DNA of 56,135 nt, filler included, from Sphacelaria rigidula (Eukaryota), in assembly GCA_964200075.2 (NCBI GenBank). It is 7 parts of 7 records of this genome, joined end to end, with 100 filler letters (N's around TTAATTAATTAA, not from the genome) between each part and the next. Parts side by side here need not be neighbours in the genome. Positions count along the whole stretch, not along the records: positions 16,070 to 24,003 come from CAXNAA020012928.1; positions 24,104 to 32,036 come from CAXNAA020012929.1; positions 32,137 to 40,069 come from CAXNAA020012930.1; 4 more parts are not named here. One strand, 5' to 3'. Both the position numbers and the translations under genes were made by a program. Of the stretch, positions 22,996 to 36,120 are shown piece by piece; the stretch's first letter is position 1, and the number at the start of each line of letters is the position of its first letter. The notes beneath the pieces were generated by a model. That model did not search any database and was not told the DNA's origin. It saw only the letters and a list, made by a program, of their open reading frames with translations.

Positions 22996-25854
22996 GTCAA
23001 CAGTGTGATGGCAGAGAAAGAAAAAAATAGAGCTTGCCGAGTTACGGTATTCATTGTTGCGAGAGGATGGGCAATTAGCACCACCGCCTGGATTATGGCA
23101 CATCGATTGTCCCAAAATCTAGCCACGGTCACAAAAAAGGCTTCCACGCGGCTCATGCATGAACGGGAAATCTTCGCTCAAGAAAACCAGAGGAGAAAAA
23201 GGCCGTTTCGACCAACATTACTTTTTGGAGGTCGTGCTCTGTATGTAGGATATACCCAGTAGTCGGGGATTTTTGGTCGGCACCCTTCAGTTTTGCTTTG
23301 TCTCGGGTACATCTGCCATGTGACCGCGGATGGATTCCTGGAGGGTCAAGTAAAGTTCGACAACCAATCAATCAATCAAGCAATCCTAAACCGTACCGGA
23401 ATGTGTACCAAACATCCCGGTATGGTTCCGCGGTGTGTCGAGCCCTCTTCCAAACCCTCAGGTACAGATCGGGATGGCATTTACCGATAAATTGTCCCTT
23501 TGATACTTCTGCAAAGAGCAATGCTACGGTAGGGATGCGCAAAATATTGTCTGGTTCGGGGGCTCCTGAATGTGCTAGATGCACAAGAATATGGGTCAAG
23601 GCGTCCATCCCCGTTTGCAAATTAATTCGGGACATCCCTAGCACATTGAAATGGTAATCCTGGCGTACTCTTACATATTTCATAAGTCGTGTTTTGGGCG
23701 AGATGAAGGGCTCGTAACAACGCTAACCCAGAAAATGCTTGTGCACCCTTCCCGCAGCATCCCCCCCAAAACCCTACTTTTAGCCGGTACAAGCTACAGA
23801 AAACAACCTTGCTACTTTTTTTCTCGTCCATGCACAGAGTCTTCCGGGCGGGACGCGCATAGGCCTAATCCTGACTTTTGTTCTGAATGCATGAAAAATC
23901 CACAGGCACCGTAGGTAAGGTAGGTACCCGGTACCGGTATTTGGGGCATATGATACCCTACTGATACCGACCCAATCCGGTATTTTGAAATCTCATACCT
24001 ACGNNNNNNNNNNNNNNNNNNNNNNNNNNNNNNNNNNNNNNNNNNNNTTAATTAATTAANNNNNNNNNNNNNNNNNNNNNNNNNNNNNNNNNNNNNNNNN
24101 NNNGTAAGATCCAGTACGCTGCAGACTGCACGTGCAGCCGCCGCACGATACACTACAGATTGCACAGCGAAAACATGAGGCGTAATAATCAGGTGATCGA
24201 CAACCACATCACCGTCTGTGTTATGACTCTCACAACCATTTGCCTCTTATGCACTCCCGGTCCCTTCCGCCGTAGAGTAGGCATTATGAGTTGTGACAAA
24301 GAAATGATTCTGAACCCAAAAAGTGTAGTGTCTACCTCAGTCAACCAGCAGGGGGGTCGCTGTCTAAGGATTAAGGAGACACATGGAGGTTTTTAAAGGT
24401 GTCCTTATCCCGGGGAAGTGTCATTACGATTCAGGGGATCATAACTCACCATCCCTGGGGTCAGTGGAGGCATGCTATGGATCGAATTAAGCGTCTGGGA
24501 GAGGGGCATGAGTGGAACAAGAGAAAAGGCAGACAGCTTGCTGGGCAAATCATGTTACTGTATGTTGCTGGAAATAGTAAATGCTACAACCAAGATGTTT
24601 TATTGATTTGTTTCACTTTCGTGAATTTATGTGGGTATTGCAGAACTCTTGACGACTTCTGATCAGTCTACACAAATAAGACTATTCTGCGTTAGTCTCA
24701 TAATATTGTGGTGCATTCTAGACAGGCGCTTGCCTCAGCGACGACGTGTAGTTCGATACTGCAGGAGTTGACAACACGATTAACAAACACTACGACTTCT
24801 TCCACATATGGCGAAGAGTTGCCTATATCTCCCCCCAATCCTTAGCTCTACACTTGACCTGAGTTTCGCGGTACTCTCCTGAGAAAGCATAAGGACATTT
24901 CTGTCACTCAATTTCTGTTTTTGACTTGATCGTTTGTTACTGAATATGAAAGCTCGGGCAAAAGTAACGCTGTGACGTATGGAAAACGGAAAGGCGCTCT
25001 CGAATGGTGTCAACGAACAGACGAAGTCATTCACACGTGTCAACATCCGCTTTGTCGAGGTGTTGGTGCAGGTCTAAGGTTGATCGGCATAGTGGGGCGG
25101 GCGTGTATGATTGAGTTATGTCTCAGACATACATGCGGATGGATGCCGCATTCTTTTGATAGTACAATGTAGGCTGATGGCTTGAGGAAAAACGACGATG
25201 TATATCCCCGTGCGGGGATCCCTATATAAAAATAGTCCCGGAGAACCCCCGACCAGTTTTGACCCTGCAGTCAATTGCGTGCAGAGTCGGTATGTATGTG
25301 TGCTGTATGTCTTCACTGGATACAACGGCAAGATACAGTAGTATAAGTGTGACATCGCTCTCCACTGAACACAATTTACTGCATGCTGCTGATGCCTCTG
25401 CCCAGTGCTCAACAACAACACTCAAGACAGTGTGCAGCTATGCTGGCAGCACATACGGCGTCAGGCAGGCCGCGTAGACCACGAGCAGAATACAAAACAA
25501 GTTATTTGTACCCATGTAATCCATGGTTGATTTCCTATTACCAAAATGAGTCGCGGGGGTAGACAGCGAATTAGTCCAATGTAGTCCACCCGAACCGGAA
25601 GAACGTGCTCATTTTGACGACCATGATTGGTCGAATGGGCATTCCGCACCTCTCGAGCCTCGTGCACGGCTCATAATTCTTCGCGAGAAACTTCCAAACA
25701 CACATGATTGACTTGGTGAGCTTTTCGGCTCCTCTGCGGACAGACATCCTCGCCCTCAAAAACCACACCCCGCGGCCACTGGAAACCCTCGAATGTCTCC
25801 GGACCGTCAGCCTGTGAAACTGTTCCGAGGCGACGCTCGCTGTCTAGGGGTTAA

Positions 25855-25952
25855 CCCTTAGACCGCGAGGTTAGTCTTCTGTTGAATCGGCATCAATTTC
25901 AAGTGAAAAAAAGTATGCATGATCTAGAAAGACTCAACTCGCGGTCTAAGGG
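25855..25952. mobile_element. piggyBac-like MITE (98 bp); relatives at 8036-8135 and 47637-47743
   Basis: TTAA|CCCTTAGACCGCGAG ... CTCGCGGTCTAAGGG|TTGA: perfect 15-bp TIR; shared internal GATGCCGATTCA motif among copies. Confidence 0.8.
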
Positions 25953-26964
25953 TTGAGTGGGAAGTGTCCTTAATTTTGGTGTCCTTAAAGCGGGGTCGAC
26001 TGTATCCAGTACTTGGAGCGAACACATCCCAACTGCCAGTACCAGAGCTGCCGCGTGCGGTGTACTCATCCTTGAAAAAGGGCTGCAGCGACTATCTCTA
26101 TCCTGCAGCCCACGGTGCTGCTCAAACCTACGGCAGCCCCGAGCGAATGCATCCGTTCGACACACGTAGCTTGAGATTGTGCGTACAGAGCTTGTAAATG
26201 GTGTAAGAGCACCCCCAGGCGCTCTCGCTCTGGCAGTTGAGGTGCGCTGGCGCGTTGCGCTCGGCACACCAGGTACTACTCTCATCCACATACTCGTACA
26301 GCATGCCTACAAAACACGAAGCCCACAGCACACTTGGTCACGCAATGAAGAATAATAGCTGCACAGACAATACGAAGAGGCTCGCCCACGACGAAAATTA
26401 GTTTATGAACAGCGTGACTGTTGGTATGTGCCTCCAAGACAAGCAGCAAGGCATCGACCACAACACTCGCATTTGCGGGTTGTCTATGGTGAGCACAACG
26501 CGTTGGACACGGCCCCTGCCTCTAATAATCGGCGCACCTCCCACAGACAGGGGTAACTCAAAATAAATGGGAAGATTTTTGCGCGAAGCACGACTTTGGC
26601 CGAGCGTTTGAAAATCGGCACTCGGCAAAAATTGATGACCCGTCTGTAATCAGGGGAAGAAGTATCACAGAGGACTTGTCTTGTTTCACTGTGCTGCAGC
26701 ACAAACACACTCGCGCCCTCTCTCATGTACTGTGGCTGTCACTGCGCTGTGGTGTGTTGAGACATTTGCGAAGACGGTTTAATCTCCGCTGGGACTGCCT
26801 GAGTTGCTTTATTAGCATTACATTAGTCTCGCATAGAAAATAGCGTTGGGCGGCACGCAGTGTTGCTGCCTACACTGCTGAAAATTATCATGGCGTGTTG
26901 ACTGTTTCGTCTCCCGTCAAACGAACAAGGCGCTTCCCACAGCCATCATTTCTATATTCTAGTT

Positions 26965-27080
26965 GTCGGTCGCCCCGGTGGCTCAGTTGGTATCTTCAAA
27001 AGCTTCTGACGGTTGGATCGTGGGTTCAAATCTCGGAGCGATATGTTTTTTTTTCTCACACCATGCCCAACAGTTATGGG
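26965..27080 (+). mobile_element. tRNA-derived SINE head
   Basis: A box TGGCTCAGTTGG, B box GGTTCAAATC, no complete cloverleaf; homologous to 54686-54840(+) and 55300-55525(-); SINE body at 29030-29290. Confidence 0.7.
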
Positions 27081-29862
27081 TGGGACTGGGGCCGGATTTT
27101 TGGTACTATATTTCGGGAAAAAGGATCACGAACGCTAAATGCGTAAGAACTGGATCGTAATCAGGCAAATCATATCAATCAAAAATACATGCGTCACCTA
27201 GAAACAACGACCTGGCTCATATAAAATGTACTATTAAAACATGGTACATGTCTTCAAGCCTGTGAGTGCTCTGTGTTGAGATGATACTGTTCTTCCGGAT
27301 AACTCGCTCCAGATCAGTGGGTGTAAACTCTTGGTGCACTAGTGTTCATTTGCTGTACTACTCGGGAAGCGCACGCCCCCGAGCTGCCACCCCACGTTTG
27401 CCACCATTGCGAATATAACAAGACAAGAAGACGAATAGCAGCACTTGTGGCCGCCACACACCAACGCATCTGCAGTGAAAGGCGTGCCTGATATTGTGCT
27501 AGAACGAGAAAGTACGGAAATTTCAATACCATGAGCAGCAGCGTCGCGCATCCCTTGGGTTCTGTCTCGAAAACGTCTGCCACAAGACGGCCGTGTTTCG
27601 TCGGTGAACTCGTCCTCTACAAGCCAAGGGGTGAAAGAGCATTCGCTCATGATAAGTGAGGTTGTCCTTTGTACACATCCCCACAGAACAGAGCAGCACA
27701 TGGCGGATCGCCACCAAAGCAAAGCAAATGTCGTGACATTGGTGCCAAAAAATAGCATTTGTTCGAAGATGCAAGTTGGTGTAAATCGCATGGTTTACAT
27801 ATTATTTTCAGTATGGACAGGCAGGCAGTTGAAATATCGCGGCTCTGCTGACCTGCTCATACATAGTTAGTATAGAGTCTAAAATAAAAATCGCCCTTGG
27901 CGCCCTGGTTTCTCCGCTGGAACCCTCAGATCCAACAGCCGAAGTTCATGTGTTACGTCGCCCTCTGCAACTCAATACATGAAGGGTACTCGATGTTGAA
28001 AGGCTAATTTGCTCATTGTGCATAACCGTACAGAACGAAGCAGCACCTGGCGACACGCCACAAAGTGAAACACCGTCACACACTGTTCGCTGCAAGAAAA
28101 AAATATGCAGCCCAAAACGAAGCTGTCGACCGTCGCATATAGTTTGCATCTCATTCTTATATTAGCATATATAAACAGACAATTACTAAGTACATGATCA
28201 CAACAGTCGCCAGCAGATGTAAGGCAGTGCAAGTACTGTAATCGCTCTAGACGCCTCGGCTTCTGCACTGGAGCTCTGACACGAAGCAGCCGCCAGCCTT
28301 GTCTTTCTTCTGTGAACTCCCCCTCTGAAATTCGACACTTGAAGGGATACTCGCTATCGAAAAGCGAAATTGCCTTTTGTGCACAGCCGTACAGAACTAA
28401 GCAGCAGCGCCTGCCGACACGCAACCAAACTGCATGTCGTGACAACTTGCGGCGAGAAAAAACAACATGCGCACCGATTTTTTGGAATTTGCGATGTTGG
28501 ACCTCTAATAGCGCTAGATACCAATTTTCAACCCAAAAGTACCGATCGCGCAACGCGTAGAACTCGGCGACGAAGCAGAGGATTGGACTGCAGTTTCTTG
28601 CGTGCGCTTCCCACACACCCAAGCTAGGTTATCCTATTTCACTTTTTCGTTTGAGCGTGATACTGAGCCGCAACAAATCCAAACGTACAAAAATGAGGTG
28701 TATTGCGCTCTGGGAGGGGGGTTTCTCGCTGCTGGCGCGACGCCAGGAAAATGTGAAATATAATCGCCTAGATCTTGTGTGTATGCGGGGGGGGTGAAGT
28801 GCCGTGGGCTGGCTTGCTTCCTGTGTCTAGAACCGCGCAATCTCCCGTGCTAGAGCTGTCCCATAGTAAACCAAGTTTATAAGTGATGAGGCGTGCGTTC
28901 TGCTCGAGAGGGCCTCGGCACAGGTGCGACCACCTACTGACGTGTTCATTTTTCCTCCGCACTTATGTTTTTTTTTAGTTTGCCGCTGATTTTTGGTCGT
29001 TAGACCCTCCAGTCCCACCCCGTAACAATGGAGAGCGACAGTGTTGTGGGTACACAAAATTCGACTCAACGGGTGACGAGGGAAAGGGACTGCTGAACCC
29101 CTCTCGCGATAAAAAATAAAGGCAAGCACCGCAGAAGGAAGGTCGAGTACTAAAAACAAAGAAGAAAAAACTTCTGTGTTGACCCTCCTCCTGTGAGACC
29201 TCGGCTGGTGCGCCCACACATACCGAAAGGTGCAGACTGGCATCCAGAAGAGATGGGACGGCAACACAACACAACGCACACACACAGTTGTCGCTGTGTT
29301 TTTGTGCATATCAACACTCTACGACGAACATGGTGTGATGTTTGGTAGAGAGTGCCTGGACGGTTGTATTGCTGCATGCCGTGTTTCGGTCTGCACAGAA
29401 TTGGGGTGGGATCAAAGCGCTGTCTACACACACTTGAAACAATCACGTGACGGCTGTGCTGCTGTCTGTTGCCTCTTCTTTGGTACTTCAGTTGTAGTCG
29501 GGTGCAGTGATCGGGGAAGACACGCAAGGCGGGTGCGTGCAGGTTGGGGCAAACACGGAGTTGCTGTATACTCAACGATTGATGGTCGTAGTTGTCCGTC
29601 TTGCAGCGGCCCAATGAGTCAGCCGATCAATGTTATCGTGCCACTCATACGCGACTCGCTTCTCCCATGTGATTGGCGAAAGGTCGCCGCATTTTCGTAT
29701 ATTGAACGGCTCTGATTGGTGGAAAAACCCTGCCACTCATATTTCTTGCCCCTATCTGTGGGCCCTGTGCCCAGTAATTGGCATGTCACATTTGACCCCG
29801 ACATTTGCACCCCTTGGACTCTTGAGCGGTGCAAAAGTGAGGCAATTTGGCTCTGACATTCG

Positions 29863-30063
29863 CACACCCTGGACAACATATGGCCATTAGTTGCAACACT
29901 AAAAATTGTTCTGCGTGAAGTATAGACCAATTTCAACTATTGTCGTCAGTAGTTACAATAGAAAAACTATACAGCGTAAAGTATTCACCTGTTGCAACTT
30001 TTGTTTTCACGTAGTGCTATTTTTTCCTGTTACAACTTTTGACCATATATTGTCCAAGGTGTG
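29863..30063. mobile_element. hAT-like MITE, same family as 46434-46603
   Basis: TIR CACACCYTGGACAAYATATGG; TSD GACATTCG / GACATTTG (7/8). Confidence 0.85.
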
Positions 30064-31027
30064 GACATTTGACGACATGTGACGTTGACGAGATTTCCAC
30101 CAAAAAAGTACCTGCCATTGTAAGATAGTATGGCCGAAGGTTCACTTTTGGCGGCAGCGCAAATACGATAATCCTGGGTGCATAAGATGCTCAGCAAACC
30201 GTTCACACATTCTTGATTTTTCCCGTAATATTTGTAGGATAGCCAGGAGGTACCCCACGGCTTTTGACCCGTGAGGGTAAGTTTTATTGGGCAACTGAGG
30301 GCGCGTACGCGTACAGTGTACTCCATGTTTGTGCGAGATCAAAAATGAACATATTATCGAAAATTCCGACGGTATCCCAAAATCAAGAGTATCCATTTTG
30401 TGATTTTTTTCGTAATTGGCGATTTTCTTCGGCTCTTTCGCTTGCCACCGCTTATCACATTGGGGAGCTGAAGATACTTGTATCCACTCCACATTACAAG
30501 AAAACAGAATCATCTGCACTCGATATTGGGTGACTTACGGGCTAGCCGGTCATCGGGGATCCGGACACGTTTCAGCCCAGATTCTGACTCTTCGGTATTT
30601 TCGGTCGATCGAGACTGTCCCGAATCACATTTGTGAAGAAATGTGCAGTTAAAAAAAAAAAAACTGCGTGCTAATTGCACTAGAGCCGAAAAACTGTGTT
30701 TCACTGTCAAAAACACCCGCCTGATAAACGGTGTATCTACTCGTATCGCCCAGTGAACCAACTAACACTGACTCGGGCACTGGGAGGGAAAGATGATCTG
30801 TTCATTCTACCAAAATCTACCGAGGATAGCACTTTCGAGTTATATCGAAGAGTAGTCGCGAGAGAAAAAAAACGCTGAACAAAAAAATAGTTCAGGCGCC
30901 CAGTACTGTAGCGTACAAGTTTTGTGTCAGTATTTCAAAATACTCTATTTCGGCGATCGAACCGTTGTTTGGTCTAGCCCTGAACGCTAAAACACGATGG
31001 TGCTCTCTGATCGTTCGCATTTTGAAG

Positions 31028-31192
31028 GTATCCCAGCCGAGACGTGCACGAGCGGTCGATCAAGTGATCCAAGTCGGCGATGTGGTCATGGGAAGGGTCA
31101 CAAAGATAAGCACACGACAAGCGTGGGTGGAGATCTTATGTGTCGGAGAGACAGTTCTGCGAGAACCGTACCGGGGCGTCATTAGGAAAGAG
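31028..31192 (+). CDS. CSL4: Exosome complex component CSL4/EXOSC1, internal exon (S1-like domain)
   Basis: VSQPRRARAVDQVIQVGDVVMGRVTKISTRQAWVEILCVGETVLREPYRGVIRKE matches the CSL4 pattern (VG..V...V..I....A.V.IL.VG...L...FRG.IRKE); TTTGAAG acceptor, GTGCGT donor, 165 nt. Confidence 0.85.
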
Positions 31193-31523
31193 GTGCGTGT
31201 CTTGAGCGCATTCCATCGAAGAGAGAGAAAATCCCCTGCGGCTTACGACGCGTGATGAGCTGAATTCTGGTGTTGTCGGGTGCGTTTGTCGTGCACGTCG
31301 GGGATGGCAGGGGGAAGGGAGATTTGGGGTCGGGGCGAATGCGCTTCAGGTGTGATCTCACTCGTTGTTACTTTTGATACGAACCCTGATTGCGTATTCG
31401 GATCTTTCTTGACCACGATAACGAAAACATGCCGAAACATATGGGATGAACGAAGATAGGTACCCGGCAGTCTGCGTTGCGCATACCGACGCGAGAGCAT
31501 TGCACACAAGACTAAGAGTGTGT

Positions 31524-31994
31524 GGGGGGGGTACTCATTCGTTGCTTGCCTTAGTCGTTTGACCATTGACCACGCATCCCTTCCGAGACGGAGACCCGAT
31601 TCTACTCCTAGGAGAGATACCTCCAACATTTCGGCGCTCATTTAGTTTCTTCAACACATTACACAAGGCATTTTTACATATCTCATCCCCGTCCTGTTTC
31701 TCCGTCTGTGGACGCTGTATACTCCTAGTGTAGCCATGGTTTTCTCCCTGCCGTCTGATGCATCACACGATTTCATGCCACCTTCATTTTCTTCCCGCAT
31801 TTCCCCCTCTAGCACGTCCCGTTCCTCCTTGTACAGTTCACATCCTGCCAGTGTATGAGTTCTGCTCTCTGTTGCTCTGCCACAGGGGCAATTCTGCGCG
31901 TCTTTCGTCTCCACTCGACTACTGGTGAATATATTCCTTCTTTCTAGCAGGTCCAGGTCCCCCGCCTGAAATCACAATCTTACTCTTGTCTTGT

Positions 31995-31995
<1 letters not shown>
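31524..31995 (-). mobile_element. 5'-truncated non-LTR retrotransposon (LINE) ORF2 C-terminus with C-rich tail
   Basis: CPCG..ESRTH..C knuckle, ERDVLEGEMR..GDEICKNALCNVLKK..SRKGCVVNGQTTKASNE*, then GTAC(C)n. Confidence 0.75.
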
Positions 31996-32036
<41 letters not shown>

Positions 32037-35000
32037 NNNNNNNNNNNNNNNNNNNNNNNNNNNNNNNNNNNNNNNNNNNNTTAATTAATTAANNNNNNNN
32101 NNNNNNNNNNNNNNNNNNNNNNNNNNNNNNNNNNNNGGTTGGTGGGGGTGTGGGTGGGTGGGGGAAGGCTGTTGTGTGGTGGGGGGGGGTGGGGGGGGGG
32201 TACTCATGACCTTGAATCCTGTAGTCATGTGACCATTGACCTCGCATCCCTACAAAGCCAGGACGGAGTACGCCGGGTTTTCGCCGGGTGGAGGGGGGTC
32301 GCAAGATCAGATTCTGTCTCACACTCGCTTTATATGAAGTTTCTACTTTGGCGATTCGGTGCCGATTTTGGCCCCGTGAAGATGCTTGGCCAAGAAACTT
32401 CCTGCATTCTCCGAGAGGATTCCAGCGCACTTTGGCAAATTTTCCTACGATCAGTGCGACTTCGGCCCGGACAACTATGGCTATGTCTCCTACAACCAGA
32501 TATAAGCCAGAAACAATATGATATCATATTTATATGCATACTACCACAAAAAAAGGGGAAATCCTCACGAGAGTTCGTCGAGGGATCACCTTTCCACATT
32601 GGCGACACCATGAGGTAACTTTGTACGCCTCATGATCAAAACGTTTCAGGTTCGAACCCCGGCTATCACGAGAAGCGATCAAAGAATGAACGTCCCGAGT
32701 AAAGGGGGCAACAGCAAGAAGTCGTAAAAGTAGGTGGGGACCAAACAGCTGGTGAATGAGTAGCAAGCTTGGTTCACAAACTCATGAGGATATCTTCCCC
32801 GGGGATTATTGGCTTCGTAGCCCAACACACGCGTACAAGACACGTGGATGGAGGTGCACAAGTATCCTCACCGCTAGCTGGCGAAAGGAGATTACCTCTA
32901 CATACCTCTTCTCGTTTAAGAACGCATGAAGAGGGTTATGTAGAAGGAGGGGGTGATGATGTGGATACCACCGAGTAAAAGGGGGTGGGGGGGTGGGGAG
33001 GGGGGGATCCCACTGAGTGTCTGGCGAGGAAACCACATCTTCACATTCCTGTGAGTTTGGTATCATGTTTTGAGACCGAACCCTGAGGACTTCTGAGGTC
33101 GTGCGAGAAATCTTCAGTCCGGCTAGGACTCAATTTGGGTACACGAAATATGGGCAGCGTGCGCTGGGATCCTCTTGGAGAGTAAAGCAAACCTTTCAGA
33201 GGCCGCACGATTCGCCAAGCCTTCTGCGGGGGGACGAAATCGGCGCCGAATCGCCAAAATAGGCATCTTCAAATATATTTTGCATGCCCGTGAAAAGCGT
33301 CCTGGCGTCCACACTCGTTGATTGATTCATTGATCGTCGCGCTCTTAACTGATCCCCCATGGATCCAGCCATGGTTACATATTTGTGTCCAGCAAAACGA
33401 ATGAGTCTGCGTTGTCATACACGGATCGCGAAGCTCGCTCAAGGGTTCATCATGATGAAAAAACCTGGACAAATCTATCGTACAGTATCTCATCACTACG
33501 GCTGGATCCGGAGAGGATCCATGAATAATAATGTGTGCAACCATCAGTCGAATCGATCAAACGGTATCTCAGGGTGGCACTGCAACCCGCGACACCAACG
33601 AACAACACAAGATCAGGTGAGAACTGCAATACCACCGACTTCAAGGAGGTGAAGCGACTTTGCTCTAAAAACCGGAAAGACAATACTTGCAAGTTATCTG
33701 ACAATTTCGATTCTGTAGTTTCAAACGGTTACCGAATGGTACTGTATATTATGTGTAATTATGTGAAAAATACGAAATAAAATAAACTCAAATCCTCCTT
33801 TCCATTTATTTTTTTCCATGTTCTTGCATAACCATCACGCACGATGGTCAGTGGCATTTACGCACTGTATAGTACAGTACAGCAGTCCAGTCAAGTCAGT
33901 ATGTTCAAGTACCCACCACAGTAGAGAGGTGGAACCGTGTTAGGGCGGCAAACGTGGTGACAAGCAAAAAATTCCTGTCTTCCTCGTAGTTCCGTCTTGA
34001 CCCGGATTGAGGCGGACACCGCGTCTTATGCGGGTTTTGGTATACTGTACGTCACACTGCTGTTCTGCCGGTAAGGCGAGGCGGGGGTGGTCGCAGAATA
34101 AACAGAAAACCCGCCTTACTGTTAACCGGGGTCCGTGAAAACCCGGCTTGTTAGCGCGGGTCCGCATTAAAGATATCTCGAGCTCGAGGTTCCTGATTAT
34201 TCAACCCTTGGAGCGCCGGCACCCTCAGATCGCCCTTAGACTGAACTCCAAAAAACTGCGCGAAAAACGGCGACATCGGCCATATCAAAACGCTATACTA
34301 CGCGGGTGAGGGGTTCGGGACTCCGAATTCCTGCGGAAGGGAGTGTTATCAGGGATATGTGGATGAGATGAAAGAACACTAAAACCAAGATAGACCCAGA
34401 TCGATAACTTACTTGTGTTTTGAATGAGGCGATCTGGCAACTGCGGTGGTTACGGAGGAATCGAGCAAATTTGCCAACTTGTGCCACGTACGTCCAACAC
34501 CACGTTTGCTCATATTTGCAGCCACAGGCTCGTGTGCGAATGCTTTATGACAACAGTTCCCGGTGCAACTTCGACTGCGTGAGAGCGATGATGGAGAACA
34601 CCGCGCGGTTTCTTGTCCCGTATTCTCCAAAGAAGGGGGGACCCTGAGAAATGAGGTTGAACAAAAAACCGAACCTCAATCACCAAACAGTGCTTTTCCC
34701 ACACGAATAGGACTTAAGCCTCATGATTTGTCGGCCTGATGCCCCTCGATTGCGTGGAAACTGTTTCAGCGCCCTTCACTGACTGTGTAAGTCTGTAAGT
34801 CCACAGCGCTGAGCGAAAGCGTCACTTTCACCTGATGATGTGGGGGGTATTAATACTTCGGGAATTTGACGTTTTCGCTCAGCGCTGTGGGCTGCTTACA
34901 GAGTCGGTGGAAGGCACTGAAATACGTGGTTTCAACGCGATCGAGGGGCATTGAGCCAGTGATGCTACGATTAGGAGGCTCTGCGTGACGATGGATGGCC

Positions 35001-35574
35001 AGAAAAAGGGAGGGGGATGAACAGGGGAATAAGCGGAGAAAGGTCCAAAATGAGGATATACACGTAGCAATGCAGCCGAGGGGAGCAGGAGGGAGATAGC
35101 AGAACGTGTAGCCAGACATGTACAGGACTATACATGGAGGAGGTGAGGGATCCCCACCATCCCCGATATGTCTTTCTTTTTCGCACTAATTCCTGCCTTC
35201 CATTGCACCCTTTCCCCGAGGTGGTGTGTTTTTATGAGGTGTTGTTCCTGTTATCCTTTGTGTATTCGTACAGATGACTGTCCCTCGAAATATACAAGGA
35301 ACCATGTGATTCTTGTTGTCATGGTTAGTGATCTCTGGTTCCTGAGCTTGGCTCCATTTCTGTTTGCGGTATACGGCCTTGCGCGTGTCGAGTACGAACG
35401 TTGAGCTCTGCCTCCAGCAGTCCGAGTGGTCGTTGCGGCCCCGAAACTCGCGAGGTTAGCAATTTTCTCTTCTTTTGTATGAACGTCTGTGTGACTAATA
35501 GTTGCAATAGACCTATACTTTATCCGGTATACATTTTTGGTCTATTGAACCCATTGACCAAATAGTTGTTCAGC

Positions 35575-36120
35575 ATGTGGGGTACGGTTTCCTGTATACC
35601 TGGGGTATTTTGCCGGGTATTCATCGTACCCGGCAGTTCTGTGACTTCTGTAAGACTTTCATGCCGGTACCCGACAGTTCTGTAATCTCTGTAAGACTTC
35701 CATACCCTTACCCGATAGTTCTGTGATCTCTGTAAGACTATCGTACAGTTACCGGGGGGCACGGGTACGCTCTTGATAAGATACCTGATTGCGGGTACGA
35801 TTTTCCGTGCAACCTCCATACCTTACCCGACAGCTTCTGTGAGTTCTGTAAGCCTCCCATACCCTTACCCGACAGTTCTGTGAGTTCTGTATAGAATGTT
35901 CACCCGTACCCGGAGCGTGGGTATGCTCTTGAAGAAATACCCGATTGCCGGTGCCGGTTTTCTGTAGACCTCCTCTACCGTACCCGACAAGTTCTGTAAT
36001 TTCTGTAAGATTTTCATCCAGTACCGGTACCCGATAGTTCTGTGAGCTCTGTAATCCTCCCATACCCCTACCCGGAGTTCGGGTATACCGTTATAGAGAT
36101 ACCCGATTGCAGGTATGAGC
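35575..36120. repeat. Array of about 40-bp units (TACCCGAYAGTTCTGTGAGTTCTGTAAG..CCATACCC); second array at 36775-37100
   Basis: Multiple diverged tandem units with the same higher-order arrangement in both arrays; probably a non-autonomous TE. Confidence 0.8.

Noticed and set aside
26972-27045. Functional tRNA gene
   Set aside because: A and B boxes are present but there is no acceptor or anticodon stem; it continues into a dispersed SINE body.
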